This document shows positions 41,704-49,895 of a DNA stretch of 51,331 nucleotides, piece by piece. The notes under the pieces are model-generated. The model saw only the letters and a list, made by a program, of their open reading frames with translations. It had not been told where the DNA came from and did no database searches. The stretch's first letter is position 1; the number at the start of each line of letters is the position of its first letter. The stretch is from positions 1 through 51,331 of IMG/VR virus record IMGVR_UViG_3300045988_092522, one strand, 5' to 3'. Source of the stretch: a virus. The translations under genes were made by a program, and so were the position numbers.

Positions 41704-43157
41704 TTTACCTCCAAAATTTCATCGTCCTCCGCGATCTGACGCGCCGAAACCCATCCGCGCCGGGTCAGGATCGGATGCTCGCCGCTCGCTCGGAGGATTC
41801 GACCGTCCTCCAGCTCGATTTCGAAAATCTCCTCCGCCCCCGTCTGCCGAACGTTAAAAAAGCGAGCCGTCACCGCTCGCTCGTTTTCCTCGTCGTAGCA
41901 GATCACCGCGCCGGTCTGACCGACCAGCTCGTCGATGCGCTTTTCGCCGTCCACGGTGCATACCAGCGTGTCTCCGGTCAGGCAGTGGTTGTCCTTGTCC
42001 GGATACGCGGGGAGGAAATTCCCGTTCTTGTCCTGCAAATATTCGTATTTCTGGAATTCCCGGGCGATGTTGGGCGTTCGCCGCGGGTCGACGACGATTG
42101 CGCCCAAGTCCTCCAGCCATCGCATGCCGTGCTCCACGCTGCCCGCGCCCTTGCGAACGCCAACGGCGGTCACGCCACGCCGCTTCAGCTCGGCGATCAT
42201 CCGCGGGTCGGCGCTGTCGCAGCGCACGATCTCCCGCCCTGCCAGCGCGGCGACCTTTTCCGCCAGCGTGTCGATGTTGGTGTGGGAGCCGTAGTACTCG
42301 GCGACGGCATACAGCCTGCGCGTCCTGCGGCTGTAGGCCCAGCGTGTGAAAGCGTCCGGATCGGTGGCAAAGCCGAAGTCGAGGCCGTTGTAAAAGGTCT
42401 CAAGGGAATCAATTTCCTTGGAGTCGATCTCCCGCAGCTCGAGATTATCGAACACATTGCCGCCGGTGCCCGTGACCTCGCCCAGGTACTCGTTGCGATA
42501 GGCGCGCTCGTTGGTGGCGCGGATGCTGTCTGCGAGGGCGATGAACGATTCGCCCAGCCAGTCCCGATGCTCGGAAATCACGTCCAGATAGGTACTGGAA
42601 TGGATAAATCGATCCGCCCGAGGCTTCAGCGCCTCCTCGTTGACCCAGTTCTGCGCCGTTTTGGGCGGGTTGTAGGTGAAAATCGTGACGGCCCGATCCA
42701 CGCCGCGAAGCACGGACTGCTGGATGGAATGCACGTCCTCCAGCGAGCGGAACTCCGTCAGCTCCTCAAACCACAGAAATTTGAAATAGCCGCGGGTCAG
42801 CGTGATGGACTTGGACTTCATGGGATCGTCGGCCCCGCGGAACATGATGCGCTGGCCCGTGTCCACGCGGGCGATCTCCAGCGGCGATTTACGGAACTTG
42901 AAGAGCGACTCCCAGCCGAGGCGGCCGATGGCCGTGGCGATAGCCGCGTATACGCTGTCGGCGAGGGTGTTGCCCACGCGGCGGTATACGATGGCGTTGG
43001 CGCTGGTGTCCTCCAGCAATCCCATGACGATCTGCATGGCGGCGAAGGACGACTTGGTTGAGCCTCGGCCGCCCAGAAGCCAGTACTCCGCATGGCCCAT
43101 GCGCCCCATGTCCTCGGAGACCTCGTTGAATTTGCTGCACGTCACCACGCGCGTCAT
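41700..43157 (-). CDS. terL: Large terminase N-extein (391 aa, PBSX/XtmB-like) fused to the N-intein (94 aa)
   Basis: Walker A LLGGRGSTKS. The body runs through ...LPAYPDKDNH and then switches to CLTGDTLVCTVDG...ASGEHPIL...EILEVK-stop. Confidence 0.85.
   Translation of the reverse strand: MTRVVTCSKFNEVSEDMGRMGHAEYWLLGGRGSTKSSFAAMQIVMGLLEDTSANAIVYRRVGNTLADSVYAAIATAIGRLGWESLFKFRKSPLEIARVDTGQRIMFRGADDPMKSKSITLTRGYFKFLWFEELTEFRSLEDVHSIQQSVLRGVDRAVTIFTYNPPKTAQNWVNEEALKPRADRFIHSSTYLDVISEHRDWLGESFIALADSIRATNERAYRNEYLGEVTGTGGNVFDNLELREIDSKEIDSLETFYNGLDFGFATDPDAFTRWAYSRRTRRLYAVAEYYGSHTNIDTLAEKVAALAGREIVRCDSADPRMIAELKRRGVTAVGVRKGAGSVEHGMRWLEDLGAIVVDPRRTPNIAREFQKYEYLQDKNGNFLPAYPDKDNHCLTGDTLVCTVDGEKRIDELVGQTGAVICYDEENERAVTARFFNVRQTGAEEIFEIELEDGRILRASGEHPILTRRGWVSARQIAEDDEILEVK
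41703..41984 (-). other. Split intein, N-terminal half (blocks A and B)
   Basis: Cys1-LTGDTLV (block A) and SGEHPIL (block B, TxxH-type); 94 aa and then a stop. Confidence 0.8.
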
Positions 43158-43618
43158 CCGTCATGCACCTCGATTGCGCCGTCCGCGCGCCGCACGATTA
43201 CAGGCCGGGCGGCCGTGGAGCCGTTATTCTCCATCGCCTTGATTTTCTCGCGCTCCACGCGGAGCTTTTCTTTGCCCAGCGTTGTAGCCGCGTCCTCGCC
43301 GGCGAGACTGGCGAGCATCTGCACGGCGCCCAGATCGCCCTTGAGCGCGAGGTTGACCACCTGCGCGAGGATCAGCGTCTGCACGTTGGGTGTTTCATTA
43401 TCGATGCCTATCTTTCTGACGTTTCCCAGCTGGGCTTCGCTCAGCTCCGGAACGCAGGAGAGTATCTCCCGCGTCGCCTGTTGAAGGGCCTTCCGCTTCT
43501 CCCGCGCTTTCGCTGATTTTTTCCCCATCTTCGCCGCTCGCTCGCCGTTGAACCGCGTTTTTCTGCCGCGCTCGACGAGCTCCGCGTAGGGATTCTGCCC
43601 CTCGAATTTATCAGCCAT
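43154..43618 (-). CDS. terS: Small terminase subunit
   Basis: 154 aa, basic N-terminus, 4-nt overlap with terL; called by position. Confidence 0.65.
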   Translation of the reverse strand: MADKFEGQNPYAELVERGRKTRFNGERAAKMGKKSAKAREKRKALQQATREILSCVPELSEAQLGNVRKIGIDNETPNVQTLILAQVVNLALKGDLGAVQMLASLAGEDAATTLGKEKLRVEREKIKAMENNGSTAARPVIVRRADGAIEVHDG

Positions 43619-43677
43619 AGCGCCTTACCTCACGGCTCAGTAGCGCCCGCGGCCGACGTATTCTTTTTTGACCAGTC

Positions 43678-44475
43678 TCATTCTGCCCGCGCCGCGCTTC
43701 TGCGCTTTCGAGCTGTTTTTGACGTAGGTTCGGCGGATGTTGCCGCTTCGAACGGTGATAGAACCGCTTGCCATGTGTCATGCCTCCTCATGCATTGCTT
43801 GTTGATCATCCCGTATTTTGCAATAAGCTCCTCCACAATCGCCGCGTTGAAATCATACAGCTCCGGACTGCACTCGCACATGACCTGCTCGATGGCTCCG
43901 CAGGTACGCATGTTCGCGCTGCCGTGAAGGATCAGCTTGTTTCCGCGATGCGTCTCGATGCCGATGATCTTGGTGTGGATGTGGGCAAAGGCCACGTCCA
44001 GCCGATCCTCTGCGTCCAGCGTCTGGTAGAGGTATGGGACGAGGCCGAATTTTTCGTGGCTGTAGAAATAGTCGGACAACACTATGTCGACCTTCTCCAT
44101 CCCATAGTAATCCACGCAGTTTCTGAGGTTGTCGATGTTCTCCTGCGACATGGAGAGCGTGGAAATGAATACGCGCCTTGGGAACAGGATTTCCGCGTCG
44201 GCGAACGCCTCGATGACGTCTCCGAAAATAAATGAGCCGTCCACCCATGCATAGGTTCGCGCGCCGGGCGAGAGATCGACGTTTTTGACGAAATCCCGGG
44301 CATACTTGTAATTGCCCGTCCGCAGAATCTCCCGCTTGTCCGCGCGTGGTTTCCAGTAGCGCACGTCGCTGGGGCGATCATCGAATGAAAAGCCCTCGTC
44401 CTGATCGATCACATCGAAATCGTCCAGGTCAAAATCCAGATCGGCTCCGCCGAAGTCAAAATCGAAATCGAGCAT
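43678..44475 (-). CDS. PLD-superfamily (single HKD motif) nuclease-like protein with an acidic DFD-repeat N-terminus
   Basis: Start MLDFDFDFGG after AAGGAGGA (the track's 95-aa N-terminal extension is rejected). HKD-type motif HIHTKIIGIETHRGNKLILHGSANM. Confidence 0.65.
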   Translation of the reverse strand: MLDFDFDFGGADLDFDLDDFDVIDQDEGFSFDDRPSDVRYWKPRADKREILRTGNYKYARDFVKNVDLSPGARTYAWVDGSFIFGDVIEAFADAEILFPRRVFISTLSMSQENIDNLRNCVDYYGMEKVDIVLSDYFYSHEKFGLVPYLYQTLDAEDRLDVAFAHIHTKIIGIETHRGNKLILHGSANMRTCGAIEQVMCECSPELYDFNAAIVEELIAKYGMINKQCMRRHDTWQAVLSPFEAATSAEPTSKTARKRRSAARAE

Positions 44476-44672
44476 ATAAATCCTCCTTGCGCTTCCTCCC
44501 GCCGAAACCGCGCCCTGCCCCCAGCCTGCAATAAAAACGGACGCTCCCGCAGCCGGAGAGGAGGAAAGACCCCGGCGCACGCCAAAATCGGCAAAGAGAG
44601 AGGACAGGCCGCAGTTTCCGACCTGTCCACGCTGAAAGTATAACGCAAAAGTACTGCACCGCACTGCCAACT

Positions 44673-45122
44673 TTACGCCGCGTCGCTGTTGCGCAGCTCC
44701 CGGAGCACATAGAAGAACCTGCGGCGCATGCGGTAGAATGAGCGCTCGCTGCATGGGCATCCGTCGGCGATGATGCGGGTCACGCCGTCCTTGCGGGTCA
44801 CGGCCCGCAGCAGCCAGGGTGCCAGCTCGGCCCCGGCGAGCTTTGCCGCCCGGTCAATGAGCCGCACGTCCCGCAGCAGGCGCTCCCGCTTTTCGGCCAT
44901 CGCGGCCACGGGATCGGACACGCCTCCGCCGCCCCTGCCCGGGAAATCCGCGCTTCCGTCGGCGGCGACGATCGGCTGCGGCGTGGAGACACGCAGCGTC
45001 AGCAGGTTCTCCGCCTCCTGTTTTTTGCGATGGTACTGTCGGCAGAAGTAGTCCAGCTCCTTATACTCGTCCCAGGTCACGTCCCAGCCGTCCAGATTTA
45101 CGCCGCGCTTGCTGACCGCCAT
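44673..45122 (-). CDS. Putative late-gene transcriptional activator (RinA/ArpU-like, sigma region-4-like C-terminus)
   Basis: Position just upstream of the packaging genes. The C-terminus CSERSFYRMRRRFFYVLRE resembles the HTH of this regulator class. Confidence 0.45.
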   Translation of the reverse strand: MAVSKRGVNLDGWDVTWDEYKELDYFCRQYHRKKQEAENLLTLRVSTPQPIVAADGSADFPGRGGGGVSDPVAAMAEKRERLLRDVRLIDRAAKLAGAELAPWLLRAVTRKDGVTRIIADGCPCSERSFYRMRRRFFYVLRELRNSDAA

Positions 45123-45123
45123 T

Positions 45124-45456
45124 TTATTCTTCCTCCCGATGCAGGGAATGCTCCGCGTCGAACCCCTCCGGGTAGCGGCGCCGGAGCTTGCGGATGTTGA
45201 GAACCGCCACCGTCTCGAGGCTCACTCCCAGCACGTCGGCCAGCTCCGCGGCGAACCAGAGCAGGTCGCCCAGCTCGTCCACGACGCTGTCCGTGTTCAG
45301 CGAATGCCCCTGAAAGACCTTCTGATACAGCGCGTGGATTTCGCCGACCTCGCTGGCCAAGCCGTGGAGCGCGTGCATCCTGCGCTCGCAGGGATTGAGC
45401 CTGTCGTTCTGGGTTCGGCGCGCGAGGTTCTGATAATCCTGAAAATTCATGCTCAT
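45124..45456 (-). CDS. mazG: MazG-like nucleoside triphosphate pyrophosphohydrolase
   Basis: ...GLASEVGEI...VVDELGDLLWFAAELA... is the EExE/D-type MazG helix pattern; 110 aa. Confidence 0.75.
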   Translation of the reverse strand: MSMNFQDYQNLARRTQNDRLNPCERRMHALHGLASEVGEIHALYQKVFQGHSLNTDSVVDELGDLLWFAAELADVLGVSLETVAVLNIRKLRRRYPEGFDAEHSLHREEE

Positions 45457-45848
45457 TGTACAATGTCCTCCTTAATCCTCTCCATCGGGTCGCTGAAATT
45501 GATCGTCAGCCCAATCTTGTCAAACACATCCTGAATCAGGTCATCGCCTGTAAGCCGATACAGTATCGCGTCGTCCACAGCCTTCAGCACGTCTTTGCAG
45601 CGCTTCTGCCCAAATCCATGCAACTCATGCAGCGCAAGACACAGCGCCGCGTAGCAAGCCTTTACAGTGTCCTCGCCGGCCAACTTGTAGCCCGCGTTAA
45701 ATCCATCGTCGTAATTGCGCTTGAGATCGTCCAGCGTGATGCCGTTTTTGCAGATGCGCTCGATTCGTTCCTGCTTGGTCATGTTGTGGAAAATGGGCTT
45801 TTTCCTGGGCGCATCCCGCTTCGCCTCTCGGCGCTGTTTACGATTCAT
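45453..45848 (-). CDS. Hypothetical protein (131 aa)
   Basis: ORF track. Confidence 0.6.
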   Translation of the reverse strand: MNRKQRREAKRDAPRKKPIFHNMTKQERIERICKNGITLDDLKRNYDDGFNAGYKLAGEDTVKACYAALCLALHELHGFGQKRCKDVLKAVDDAILYRLTGDDLIQDVFDKIGLTINFSDPMERIKEDIVQ

Positions 45849-46554
45849 GCCGCGCCTCCATCGTAATCAGGTCGGAGTGGGGCAGCTTCTCCAGCATTTT
45901 GCAGTAGTCAAGCCATTCGTCCAGCTTGTGGTTTTTCCGGGCGTGGTATTGATTTCGCGCGACTGCGTAATTCAACGTCACCGTTGCCCGCAGATTATAT
46001 CCGCTCGGCAGCAGCTCGATAATCGCGCGCCAATATTTACGCTCTTTGGTCTCGTTGAACAGGATACGCAGTGCCTCAAGCTCCACCAGTACGCGCAGAA
46101 ACAGTTCCTTCGTCCCCCCTCCGACCTCATCAATCCCCTCGTGGCTGAAATCGTCAGGCTCGAAGGACTTGATGTGGATGGTGTGCATCTTCGAGCACGA
46201 ATTTCTGACAGTGCCGACCTTGTAGGTGTCAAACTCTGCCCACCACACCTGATGGCTGGTAATGTCCATTCCGATTCCTATCATCCGTAGGAACTTGGAG
46301 TGATCCGAACCAGCAGTAACGAGATTTTTTGCAAGCTTCAAATCCTCAGCCCCAAAAACGAAGCGCTGTCCAATCATCATATCGGCAAAATAGCACGGTT
46401 CGTACTCACCGGGATTCAATGAGCACGTGTCGCACCTTGCTGATCTTCCCTTGCAATATCCGCTGTCCGACTTCTCCCAGCTGTTCAGCGGATTACGCAT
46501 GCCTCTGACGGCGGTCTCCCAGCCAAAGGTTTCGACGTGTTCGATTTTGATCAT
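45838..46554 (-). CDS. ThyX-fold-like protein lacking the canonical RHR...SxRY signature
   Basis: By eye it aligns to ThyX (GSDHSKFLR ~ [34 protein letters not shown] ~ [41 protein letters not shown] ~ LPNAAETRIVVTMNARE). Confidence 0.45.
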   Translation of the reverse strand: [238 protein letters not shown]

Positions 46555-46566
46555 TTTTTGTCCTCC

Positions 46567-46974
46567 TTAAGGTTTCAGCTCGACCGTAAACGGTACGTCA
46601 TTGGTGTGGAAATACAGCTTGTAATGGTACGGGTCGGTGTGCGTTCCCGTGATGTCCTCGACGACATACATGGTGTACTGGTTGAGGTAGATGTAATTCT
46701 TCTTATATTTCCCATCTCCGACCTTTACCGTGACGACCAGCTCCTGATTGCTGTTGTTGGAGATGTTCATCCAGCCCTCAGCTTCCATGATGATTTTGTC
46801 CGTGCGCGCGTTGTAGACGGTAATCTTGCGCTCACATTCAAAATATTCTGCCTGTTTGCTGATGTTCACGTTGACCTTGTCCGCTTCTGAGCATCCGCAG
46901 AGTAACAGGCCCAGCCCAATCAGCCCCAACAGAGCAATCGCCAGCAGTCTGACATTGTGACTGTATCTTTTCAC
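46567..46974 (-). CDS. Lipoprotein (135 aa)
   Basis: Signal peptide with lipobox LLLCGC. Visibly lower GC than its neighbours. Confidence 0.7.
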   Translation of the reverse strand: MKRYSHNVRLLAIALLGLIGLGLLLCGCSEADKVNVNISKQAEYFECERKITVYNARTDKIIMEAEGWMNISNNSNQELVVTVKVGDGKYKKNYIYLNQYTMYVVEDITGTHTDPYHYKLYFHTNDVPFTVELKP

Positions 46975-47909
46975 TTTTCATCCTCCTCCTTATCTTTCTT
47001 ATTTTCAGGAGCTTCTACCCACCAGTACATGACGTCCTCGGCGGTTTCCCATTTTCCGTTTTCTTGATTTCGCAGAATCTCGTTGTGGGCTATGCACCAT
47101 TTTAGCATTCTATTAAACGCCTTTAGGTACAACTGCTTGTACTTTGGATAGCGTTCAAATCCCTTTTTTTGACTTTTTTTGCCGCTCAGCGGACACCCGA
47201 TGCACCCCAAGCGTTCAAACCCCTCGTCGTACAGGCAGCAGTGCGGGACTTTCACAACGTTGTTCAAAAATTCCCATACTTCTTCGTCTTCCCAGTCAAC
47301 AATGGGATTGACCAGCGTCTTTTGCGTTCGATAGCACTGCTCAACCATTCTGCGGCTCGGATCGTTGTCATCATTGAGGATTACGCCCTTGTTTTTGTTC
47401 AGCCGATAATTTGCTCCCACGTCCTCGGCGAGTTTCCGCGTTGATTTGGGCTTGTTTTGGATATTTACGACATCCTGATTGGCTCTTCTCCGTGTCGATT
47501 CTGCCCAGCGAACGCCCGTGACTGTGATCCGCCCTTTGCCCTGAGATTCCTTTAGTGTTTGACAACAGTATCTCGCGAACATCGTGGGCGGCATTTTATT
47601 TTTGACAATGAGATTCCACATCGTAATTCGCTTGCCGTCCTCGTCTCTTGGGTAATCAAAGATCACGTCGGGATAATGCTCTCGGATGAAATAGATAAGC
47701 TCCGGAGGGTCGACGCTGGTCACATTGTAATGGGCGTCGAATTTTACGCCCGCCATCTTTGCGAGATGATAGATGCACTGGCTGTCCTTGCCGCCGGAGA
47801 AGGCGAGATAGTAACCCTCCGGCGGTTCAAACGACTGAAATCGCTGGATTGCGATATCCAGCTTCGTGCGGATGACCCCGTCCGCGCAGATGATCTGCTG
47901 CATCAGCAT
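46971..47909 (-). CDS. PAPS-reductase-family / DndC-like PP-loop ATP pyrophosphatase with a C-terminal Cys cluster
   Basis: PP-loop AFSGGKDS and C-terminal CCLYDEGFERLGCIGCP. Confidence 0.8.
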   Translation of the reverse strand: MLMQQIICADGVIRTKLDIAIQRFQSFEPPEGYYLAFSGGKDSQCIYHLAKMAGVKFDAHYNVTSVDPPELIYFIREHYPDVIFDYPRDEDGKRITMWNLIVKNKMPPTMFARYCCQTLKESQGKGRITVTGVRWAESTRRRANQDVVNIQNKPKSTRKLAEDVGANYRLNKNKGVILNDDNDPSRRMVEQCYRTQKTLVNPIVDWEDEEVWEFLNNVVKVPHCCLYDEGFERLGCIGCPLSGKKSQKKGFERYPKYKQLYLKAFNRMLKWCIAHNEILRNQENGKWETAEDVMYWWVEAPENKKDKEEDEK

Positions 47910-48050
47910 TCATTCGTTCTCCTCCTTATGTCTCGCCTCTTTCCACCGTTCATATTCATCATCCGTGTCGCCCCCGGCGACGATGCAGGCGTACACCGTT
48001 ACAAGTCCCAGCGCGGCGACGATGCCGATTGCGATCCAGATGGCGATCAT
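47910..48050 (-). CDS. Small membrane protein (46 aa)
   Basis: Internal ATG MIAIWIAIGIVAALGLVTVYACIV after AAGGGGGA. Confidence 0.45.
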   Translation of the reverse strand: MIAIWIAIGIVAALGLVTVYACIVAGGDTDDEYERWKEARHKEENE

Positions 48051-48193
48051 TACACGTCCCCCTTTCGCCCAGCCAAAGCACCGGCAACAACAATTGCCGC
48101 GGTCAAAGCCATCATATTGCATGAAAATTCTTCTCCCGCCATCAAAGCATATAAGAGCGGCCAAACGAAATACAGAATTCCGGCAATCGCCAT
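48050..48193 (-). CDS. Small two-helix membrane protein (47 aa)
   Basis: Hand-translated as MAIAGILYFVWPLLYALMAGEEFSCNMMALTAAIVVAGALAGRKGDV. SD GAGGAGGG. TAATG overlap with the next gene. Confidence 0.45.
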   Translation of the reverse strand: MAIAGILYFVWPLLYALMAGEEFSCNMMALTAAIVVAGALAGRKGDV

Positions 48194-48195
48194 TG

Positions 48196-48546
48196 TCAAC
48201 CCTCCTCAAGCTGCTCCCTATAGATTTCCACCGCGCTCTTGGGCCATTTGGTATGCGCATCCCACTTCGGCGTTTCAGCCTCCATCTTATAGCATTCGAC
48301 GATTTCCCCGTCCATGTCAAGCTCTGGTACGGCCCACGTGGACGCAAGATAGGTGTACTCATTAGTGATCAACTTCCCGTTCTCGTAGATCACGCCGCCG
48401 GTAAATTCCCAGTCCCCGCGCAGCCCAGCCATCGCAATCCGAGGCTTCCTCTGCGCAATCAGCCGCGCGGCCTTGTCCCAGTCAAAGACCATCATCTCTT
48501 TGTCGCGGTTCGCCTCTCCCATCATAAATGCGATCAAAGTATTCAT
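48196..48546 (-). CDS. Hypothetical protein (116 aa)
   Basis: Start MNTLIAFMMGE forms an ATGA overlap with the upstream stop; SD GGAGGCG. Confidence 0.6.
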   Translation of the reverse strand: MNTLIAFMMGEANRDKEMMVFDWDKAARLIAQRKPRIAMAGLRGDWEFTGGVIYENGKLITNEYTYLASTWAVPELDMDGEIVECYKMEAETPKWDAHTKWPKSAVEIYREQLEEG

Positions 48547-49172
48547 TTTTCTTCGCCTCCGTCCATCATCGCGCCGCAGAACGGGCAGAACCAAGACAGT
48601 CGCTCCCGGCCGAAGCGGTCATGCAATGCAAATTCAGTGCACACAGAGCAGTATTTTTTGCCGTGGTATTCAGGCGGCAGCATCCCGTCCGCAGTCATCC
48701 ACTTCCCGTGTCGCACCGGCTCCAACGCGCCGATTCGAGCGATTGCTTCCACTGGCGTATGTCCGTCCCATTCCGGCGCACGGTCAAGTTCCCGGCAAGC
48801 GAACATCTCCCAATACGGATCAACGTCGTAATGATAAGTAGCCTGCCCCTGCGGCGTGTCGATTCCTACGATAAACATCCCGTCGTACATCGTACCGTCG
48901 TGATGCTTTCTGGACTTCCATGCCCGCTCCGGGAACGCTTTTACAATTACTGAGAACAGCACTGCGCGATGGTGGTACAGCTCGTTGAAGGTGTGGTAGC
49001 CGTCAGAAGTGTCACCGTCGATCTTTACGTCCACGGCGGGAAGTTTCTCGAGCATGTTGGCGCAATGGTAGAAAAATGAGGCTGCGTTCTTGACCTCTTC
49101 AATCGCCATGTCTGCTTTTGCCTGCAGGATTGCCACCGCCGTTTCACGGCTGATCAGATCACTCATGCTCAT
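48543..49172 (-). CDS. Hypothetical protein (209 aa) with a C-terminal Zn-ribbon
   Basis: ORF track. CSVC...CPFCG at the C-terminus. Confidence 0.65.
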   Translation of the reverse strand: MSMSDLISRETAVAILQAKADMAIEEVKNAASFFYHCANMLEKLPAVDVKIDGDTSDGYHTFNELYHHRAVLFSVIVKAFPERAWKSRKHHDGTMYDGMFIVGIDTPQGQATYHYDVDPYWEMFACRELDRAPEWDGHTPVEAIARIGALEPVRHGKWMTADGMLPPEYHGKKYCSVCTEFALHDRFGRERLSWFCPFCGAMMDGGEEK

Positions 49173-49513
49173 TCCTCCTCCGGCGGCAGCGGCAGCGGCA
49201 TCCAGTGGGTGATGACGTGAGAAATGTTGTTCAATTCTGGCTCAGGCGTGAGAAAATCTCCATCACCATAGTACATGCAGACAACCTCCGGCGAGCCGTC
49301 GTTACGGTAGCACAGGAAGTACCCATCGTCCTCCGGCAGCCGCTCCCCGACACTGATCCAGCGCGGCTGCTGCGCTTCGAGTTGCTGGATGTAGGCGAGG
49401 GCATCTCTCTCAAGCTGCATGTCGCAGTTGCCATTGTCATACGGACAACCTCTACAGCTTTCATCTGCTGTGCAAATTTCCAGCCCCTTCTTGATCTCTT
49501 CAGGCGTTCTCAT
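49169..49513 (-). CDS. DUF551-like protein
   Basis: RWISVGERLPEDDGYFLC...VITHWMPLPLPPEEE fits the DUF551 C-terminal pattern. Confidence 0.55.
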   Translation of the reverse strand: MRTPEEIKKGLEICTADESCRGCPYDNGNCDMQLERDALAYIQQLEAQQPRWISVGERLPEDDGYFLCYRNDGSPEVVCMYYGDGDFLTPEPELNNISHVITHWMPLPLPPEEE

Positions 49514-49529
49514 TTATCCACCTCTCCTC

Positions 49530-49895
49530 TCAATTCCCCACAGTCAGGATGATGCACGGTTTCCAGTAAGGCTCATACTCGGCAAATATCCGCTCCGTTT
49601 CGCGCTCAAGCTGCTCGTCGGTGATTTCCTGATCGAGATACACCGTTTCGGCGATTTCGTCGCGGAATTCATCTCTGTCGGTAAAACAGTAGCAATCGTT
49701 GTATTCCTGCTGGCAGTCCAGAAATTCGCCAACTTCTGCGGAAATATCCGTACAGCTCATTGCGTAATAGTCGCCACTGTTTGCGCTATCCTTGGCAAAT
49801 ACAACCAGCGGCAGCTCAGGGTATTCCAGTAGCAGCTTACGGAGCTGCTCTCCAGAGTGCATCAGCCCGGTCGGCTGTTTTTCGCGGTCAAGCAT
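49530..49895 (-). CDS. Hypothetical acidic protein (121 aa)
   Basis: I prefer the start MLDREKQ; the track start at 49952 would overlap the upstream gene by 65 nt. Confidence 0.55.
   Translation of the reverse strand: MLDREKQPTGLMHSGEQLRKLLLEYPELPLVVFAKDSANSGDYYAMSCTDISAEVGEFLDCQQEYNDCYCFTDRDEFRDEIAETVYLDQEITDEQLERETERIFAEYEPYWKPCIILTVGN

Noticed and set aside
44476-44760. 95-aa N-terminal extension of the PLD-like ORF (track ORF 43678..44760)
   Set aside because: - The extension is Gly/Ala/Arg-rich junk without an SD.
- A strong AAGGAGGA precedes the internal ATG at 44475.
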